IMG/VR virus record: IMGVR_UViG_2565956726_000013
Location: 1 to 30,505 of that record
Direction: 5' to 3' (one strand)
Source: a virus
Taxonomy: Duplodnaviria > Heunggongvirae > Uroviricota > Caudoviricetes
DNA length: 30,505 nt
How positions within the stretch are numbered: position 1 is the stretch's first letter; the number at the start of each line of letters is the position of its first letter. This document shows positions 26,252 to 30,505 of this stretch, piece after piece. Below the pieces are notes generated by a model. The model was not told the DNA's origin, made no database searches, and saw only the letters and a list, made by a program, of their open reading frames with translations. The translations under genes were made by a program, and so were the position numbers.

Positions 26252-26403
26252 ATTTCCCGCCCGACCTGTCGACCGATGACCTGATGGCGGATATCGCGGT
26301 GATATTCCACTGGCCGCTATCAGAGCTCTATTCCCTGAGCCTGACCGAGCTCATCACATGGCGCGAAAAGGCGCTGCAGCGTAGCGGACACCACAATGAG
26401 TAA
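25916..26403 (+). CDS. E+E' tail chaperone, predicted -1 programmed frameshift product
   Basis: Slippery TTTTTTG at 26224-26230; the -1 frame stays open to TAA 26401-26403, overlapping the start of T; arrangement conserved in P2-like phages. Confidence 0.55.
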
Positions 26404-28840
26404 TAACCTGAGACTTGAGGTTTTGCTGAAAGCGGTCGACCAGGCGACCCGACCGCTTAAATCCATCCAGACCGCGAGTAAAACCCTGTCGGGCGATATT
26501 CGCGACACACAAAAAGGGCTGCGTGACCTGAACGGGCAGGCCGCGAAAATCGACGGCTTTCGCAAAACCAGCGCTCAACTGGCCGTAACCGGCCAGTCGC
26601 TGGAGAAGGCAAAGCGCGAGGCTGAAGCGCTTGCCACGCAATTCAAAAATACTGAGCGCCCGACGCGAGCGCAGGCACAGGTGCTCGAATCCGCAAAACG
26701 TGCCGCCGAGGGGCTGCAGGTTAAATACAACAGCCTCACCGAGTCGGTTAAACGCCAACAACGCGAGCTGGGTGCCGCCGGTATCAATACCCGCAATCTG
26801 GCAAACGATGAGCGGGGGCTTAAAACACGCATCAGCGAGACGACGGCGCAGCTCAACCGGCAGCGTGAAGCATTGGCGAAGGTCAGCGCACAGCAGGCGC
26901 ACCTAAACCGAGTGAAAGAGCGATATAAATCGGGTAAGGAGCTTGCCGGTAACATGGCCGCTGCAGGTGCTGCCGGGGTCGGTATTGCGACAGCGGGAAC
27001 GATGGCCGGGGTTAAATTGCTGATGCCCGGTTATGACTTTGCGCAAAAAAACTCCGAGCTGCAGGCCGTGCTTGGGGTCGATAAGCAGTCTCCAGAAATG
27101 CAGGCTCTACGCAAACAGGCGCGTCAGCTCGGCGATAACTCAGCGGCCTCAGCAGATGATGCCGCCGCCGCGCAGATTATCGTAGCCAAATCTGGCGCAG
27201 ATAAAGACGGCATAGTGGCGCAAACACCGGCCATTCTGAATATGTCGCTGGCAAATAAAAAAACTATGGAGGAAAACGCCGCTTTGCTTATTGGCACCAA
27301 ATCGGCATTCGGGCTCGCAGATGACAAGGCATCGCATATAGCAGATGTCATATCGATGGCGATAAATAAAACACAGGCATCATTTGAGGGATTAAACGAC
27401 TCACTTACATATGTTGGTCCAGTTGCCAAAGATGCCGGTGTCAGCCTAGAAGAAACCGCCGCGATGCTGGGTGCGTTACACGATGCAAAAATCATAGGTT
27501 CGATGGCAGGAACCGGTAGCCGAGCTGTTTTAAGTCGACTGCAGGCTCCAACTGGCAAAGCCTATGATGCCATTAAAGAGCTTGGCGTTAAGACGATGGA
27601 TAAAAAAGGCAATACACGGCCAATCTTTACCATCCTGAAAGAAATACAAACCAGCTTTAAGCGCAACAACCTCGGTACAGGTCAAAAAGCCGAGTATATG
27701 AAAACGATATTCGGCGAGGAAGCCAGTTCCGCTGCAAGTGTGTTAATGGCCGCAGCGGCCAGTGGAAAACTGGATGAACTGACCAAGATAATTAAGGATT
27801 CTGACGGTAAAACCGAGGAATTGGTTAAGGTCATGCAGGATAACTTAGGTGGCGACTTCAAAGAGTTTCAATCCGCTTATGAGGCCGTCGGTACCGACCT
27901 CTACGACCAGCAAGATAGCTCATTGCGTCAGCTAACTCAGACAGCAACACGGTATGTGCTAAAGCTTGATGACTGGATCAAAGACAACAAGGAGTTAGCG
28001 GAAACTATCGGCATCATCGCCGGTGGTGCGCTGGCGCTGATTGGTATCATCGGCGGCATTGGTCTCGTTGCGTGGCCGGTTGTCATGGGGATTAATGCCA
28101 TTATCGCCGCTGCTGGCGTGCTGGGTACGGTCTTTACTGTCGTCGGTAGTGCCATTGCGACAGCGCTCGGTGCGATTACCTGGCCGATAGTGGCCGTCGG
28201 TGCGGCGATTGTGGCGGGGGCGCTACTCATCCGTAAATATTGGGAGCCCATCAGCGCATTTTTCTCGGGAGTGATTGAGGGCATCATGAGTGCCTTTGCC
28301 CCAGTCGGGGAAATGTTCGCTCCACTGGCTCCCATTTTTGATGGTCTCGGCGAGAAACTGCGCGGCGTCTGGCAGTGGTTTAAAGACCTGATAGCACCGG
28401 TTAAGGCCACGCAGGAAACGCTTGATAGCTGCAAAAATGTCGGCGTCATATTTGGTCAGGCACTGGCCTCTGCCTTGATGGCTCCGCTCAATGTTTTTAA
28501 CAAGCTGCGCAGCGGTGTCGACTGGCTTCTCGAAAAGCTCGGCATCATCAACAAAGAGTCGGACAGCCTCGACCAGACCGCCGCCAAAACCAATGCCGCC
28601 ACACAGGGTAATTCCTACATCCCGGCAACCAGCACATATGGCGGCTATCAGGCTTATCAGCCAGTTACCGCACCGGCGGGGCGCTCTTACATTGACCAGA
28701 GCAAAAGCGAATACAACATCAATCTGCCGGGAGGTGTTGCGCCGGGGCATCAGCTTGACAGACAACTACGCGACACGCTCGAACAGATTGAGCGCGATAA
28801 ACGCGCCCGCCAGCGTGCCAACATGACCCACGACTATTGA
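26396..28840 (+). CDS. T: Tail tape measure protein T
   Basis: 814 aa; coiled-coil-rich N-terminus and Gly/Ala/Ile-rich hydrophobic segment (IGIIAGGALALIGIIGGIGLVAWPVVMGINAIIAAAGVLG) typical of tape measures. Confidence 0.9.
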   Translation: MSNNLRLEVLLKAVDQATRPLKSIQTASKTLSGDIRDTQKGLRDLNGQAAKIDGFRKTSAQLAVTGQSLEKAKREAEALATQFKNTERPTRAQAQVLESAKRAAEGLQVKYNSLTESVKRQQRELGAAGINTRNLANDERGLKTRISETTAQLNRQREALAKVSAQQAHLNRVKERYKSGKELAGNMAAAGAAGVGIATAGTMAGVKLLMPGYDFAQKNSELQAVLGVDKQSPEMQALRKQARQLGDNSAASADDAAAAQIIVAKSGADKDGIVAQTPAILNMSLANKKTMEENAALLIGTKSAFGLADDKASHIADVISMAINKTQASFEGLNDSLTYVGPVAKDAGVSLEETAAMLGALHDAKIIGSMAGTGSRAVLSRLQAPTGKAYDAIKELGVKTMDKKGNTRPIFTILKEIQTSFKRNNLGTGQKAEYMKTIFGEEASSAASVLMAAAASGKLDELTKIIKDSDGKTEELVKVMQDNLGGDFKEFQSAYEAVGTDLYDQQDSSLRQLTQTATRYVLKLDDWIKDNKELAETIGIIAGGALALIGIIGGIGLVAWPVVMGINAIIAAAGVLGTVFTVVGSAIATALGAITWPIVAVGAAIVAGALLIRKYWEPISAFFSGVIEGIMSAFAPVGEMFAPLAPIFDGLGEKLRGVWQWFKDLIAPVKATQETLDSCKNVGVIFGQALASALMAPLNVFNKLRSGVDWLLEKLGIINKESDSLDQTAAKTNAATQGNSYIPATSTYGGYQAYQPVTAPAGRSYIDQSKSEYNINLPGGVAPGHQLDRQLRDTLEQIERDKRARQRANMTHDY

Positions 28841-28853
28841 GGGGGATTAAACG

Positions 28854-29339
28854 ATGATGCTTGCTCTCGGAATGTTTGTGTTTGAACTTCGCACCCTGCC
28901 TTACCAGTCGATGCAGCATTCGAAAGATTATCGCTGGGTGTCCAATGACCGGGTGGGTAAACCACCTGCCTATCAGTTTCTTGGCGAGGGGGAAACCTCT
29001 ATACAGCTTGCTGGTACGCTATACCCCGCTATCACTGGCGGTTGGATCTCACTTAAGGCTGTAGAGGTGATGGCCAATGAAGGCAGAGCGTGGCCGTTGA
29101 TAGAGGGAACCGGAAATATCCTCGGGATGTATATCGTCGATAAAGTATCGACTACACGCACCGAGTTTTTCAGTGATGGTGCGGCCAGAAAGATTGATTT
29201 CACGCTTTCGCTAAAACGGGTTGATGAATCGCTGACAGAGATGTTTGGTGACCTGAATAAACAGGCCAGTGAGCTTCTCGGCTCTGCCGGTAATTTGACA
29301 GATAAACTGCAGGGTATGCCCGGAGGTTTCACTGCATGA
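28854..29339 (+). CDS. U: Tail protein U
   Basis: 161 aa; position after T. Confidence 0.85.
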   Translation: MMLALGMFVFELRTLPYQSMQHSKDYRWVSNDRVGKPPAYQFLGEGETSIQLAGTLYPAITGGWISLKAVEVMANEGRAWPLIEGTGNILGMYIVDKVSTTRTEFFSDGAARKIDFTLSLKRVDESLTEMFGDLNKQASELLGSAGNLTDKLQGMPGGFTA

Positions 29340-30505
29340 TAACGGGGATGGCAATTGACGCCGGTGCCAGCCTTGCACCGGCTTTTATGCTGACGCTGAA
29401 CAGTCAGGACATTACCAGCAACTTCAGCGACCGGCTGATTTCTCTCACCATGACGGACAATAGGGGCTTTGAAGCTGACCAGCTCGACATTGAGCTCGAT
29501 GACACCGATGGGAAAGTCGAGTTACCCCTGCGCGGGGCAGTGCTGACGTTGTGGCTTGGCTGGCAGGGTTCGGCGCTGCTGAATAAGGGGGATTTTACGG
29601 TCGATGAGATTGAGCACCGGGGGGCTCCTGATACCCTGACCATCCGGGCGCGCAGCGCGGACTTTCGCGGCACGCTAAATTCCAGGCGTGAAGAGTCATG
29701 GCACGACACCACCATCGGCGAACTGGTCAGTACCATCGCAAAGCGCAACAAACTGACGGCCAGCATTGCGGAATCGCTGAAAAAAATCCCGGTACCGCAT
29801 ATCGACCAGTCGCAGGAATCCGACGCGGTATTTTTGAGTCGACTGGCTGACCGCAACGGGGCAACGGTATCGGTGAAGGCAGGGAAACTGTTGTTTCTGA
29901 AAGCCGGTAGTGCGATGACGGCCAGCGGCAAACCCGTCCCGCAAATGACGCTGACCCGCAGTGATGGTGACCGTCATCAGTTTGCCATTGCCGACCGTGG
30001 GGCTTATACCGGCGTCACTGCTAAATGGTTGCACACCAAAGACCCGAAGCCACAAAAGCAGAAAGTAACGCTGAAACGCAAGCCAAAAGAGAAGCACCTG
30101 CGCGCACTGGAACACCCAAAAGCAAAGCCGGTCAGCAAAAAGACAAAGGTCAAAAAAGAACAGGAAGCACGTGAGGGTGAGTACATGGCCGGTGAAGCCG
30201 ATAACGTGCTGGCGCTGACGACGGTCTATGCCTCAAAGGCACAGGCGATGCGCGCCGCTCAGGCTAAGTGGGATAAACTGCAGCGAGGCGTTGCGGAGTT
30301 TTCAATCACACTGGCGCTAGGGCGAGCGGATTTATTTCCTGAGACGCCTGTACGCGTGTCAGGCTTTAAGCGCGTCATAGACGAGCAGGCATGGTTAATC
30401 AGCAAGGTGACCCACAACCTCAATAATAACGGTTTCACGACGGGCTTAGAGCTTGAGGTTAAACTCTCCGATGTGGAGTACAGCTCAGAAGAAAATGGGG
30501 AGTGA
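29336..30505 (+). CDS. D: Tail protein D (late control gene D family)
   Basis: 389 aa; overlaps the U stop; complete, with stop at 30503-30505 at the window edge. Confidence 0.85.
   Translation: MITGMAIDAGASLAPAFMLTLNSQDITSNFSDRLISLTMTDNRGFEADQLDIELDDTDGKVELPLRGAVLTLWLGWQGSALLNKGDFTVDEIEHRGAPDTLTIRARSADFRGTLNSRREESWHDTTIGELVSTIAKRNKLTASIAESLKKIPVPHIDQSQESDAVFLSRLADRNGATVSVKAGKLLFLKAGSAMTASGKPVPQMTLTRSDGDRHQFAIADRGAYTGVTAKWLHTKDPKPQKQKVTLKRKPKEKHLRALEHPKAKPVSKKTKVKKEQEAREGEYMAGEADNVLALTTVYASKAQAMRAAQAKWDKLQRGVAEFSITLALGRADLFPETPVRVSGFKRVIDEQAWLISKVTHNLNNNGFTTGLELEVKLSDVEYSSEENGE

Noticed and set aside
26354-26902. Minus-strand ORFs antisense to the tape measure gene
   Set aside because: Nested in the long T gene; no start signals.
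1-30505. CRISPR arrays, rRNA or tRNA genes, IS elements
   Set aside because: No regularly spaced direct repeats, no rRNA-like or tRNA-like structures, and no transposase-like ORFs with terminal inverted repeats were seen; the only recombinase remnant is the phage-type invertase.

Overview
Almost the whole window is one P2-family, 186-like temperate myovirus prophage, running from the integrase at the left edge to tail gene D at the right edge. Gene order is int, a secreted-protein moron, a CI-type repressor (all minus strand), then a divergent early operon (Apl/Cox-like, CII, small ORFs, TraR-like zinc finger, replication endonuclease A), a LexA-box-controlled Tum/DinI-like SOS module, a cos-like site, portal Q and terminase P (minus), and the late operons O-N-M-L-X-holin-endolysin-spanins-R-S-V-W-J-I-H-G, FI-FII-E/E'-T-U-D. 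The best candidate for an undescribed system is an AT-rich, translationally coupled two-gene cassette (8436-9976) between the cos-like site and the portal gene: a soluble 272-aa protein plus a 241-aa protein with two N-terminal transmembrane helices, neither resembling any P2/186 protein I recognise. Other notable items are a Mu/P1-style invertible tail-fibre segment with hix-like inverted repeats and a decayed invertase, an in-frame amber codon separating a Tum-like N-terminal ORF from the DinI-like ORF, and a repressor with a tandemly duplicated HTH domain. All calls rest on reading the sequence and on recalled family sequences; no database search was run.
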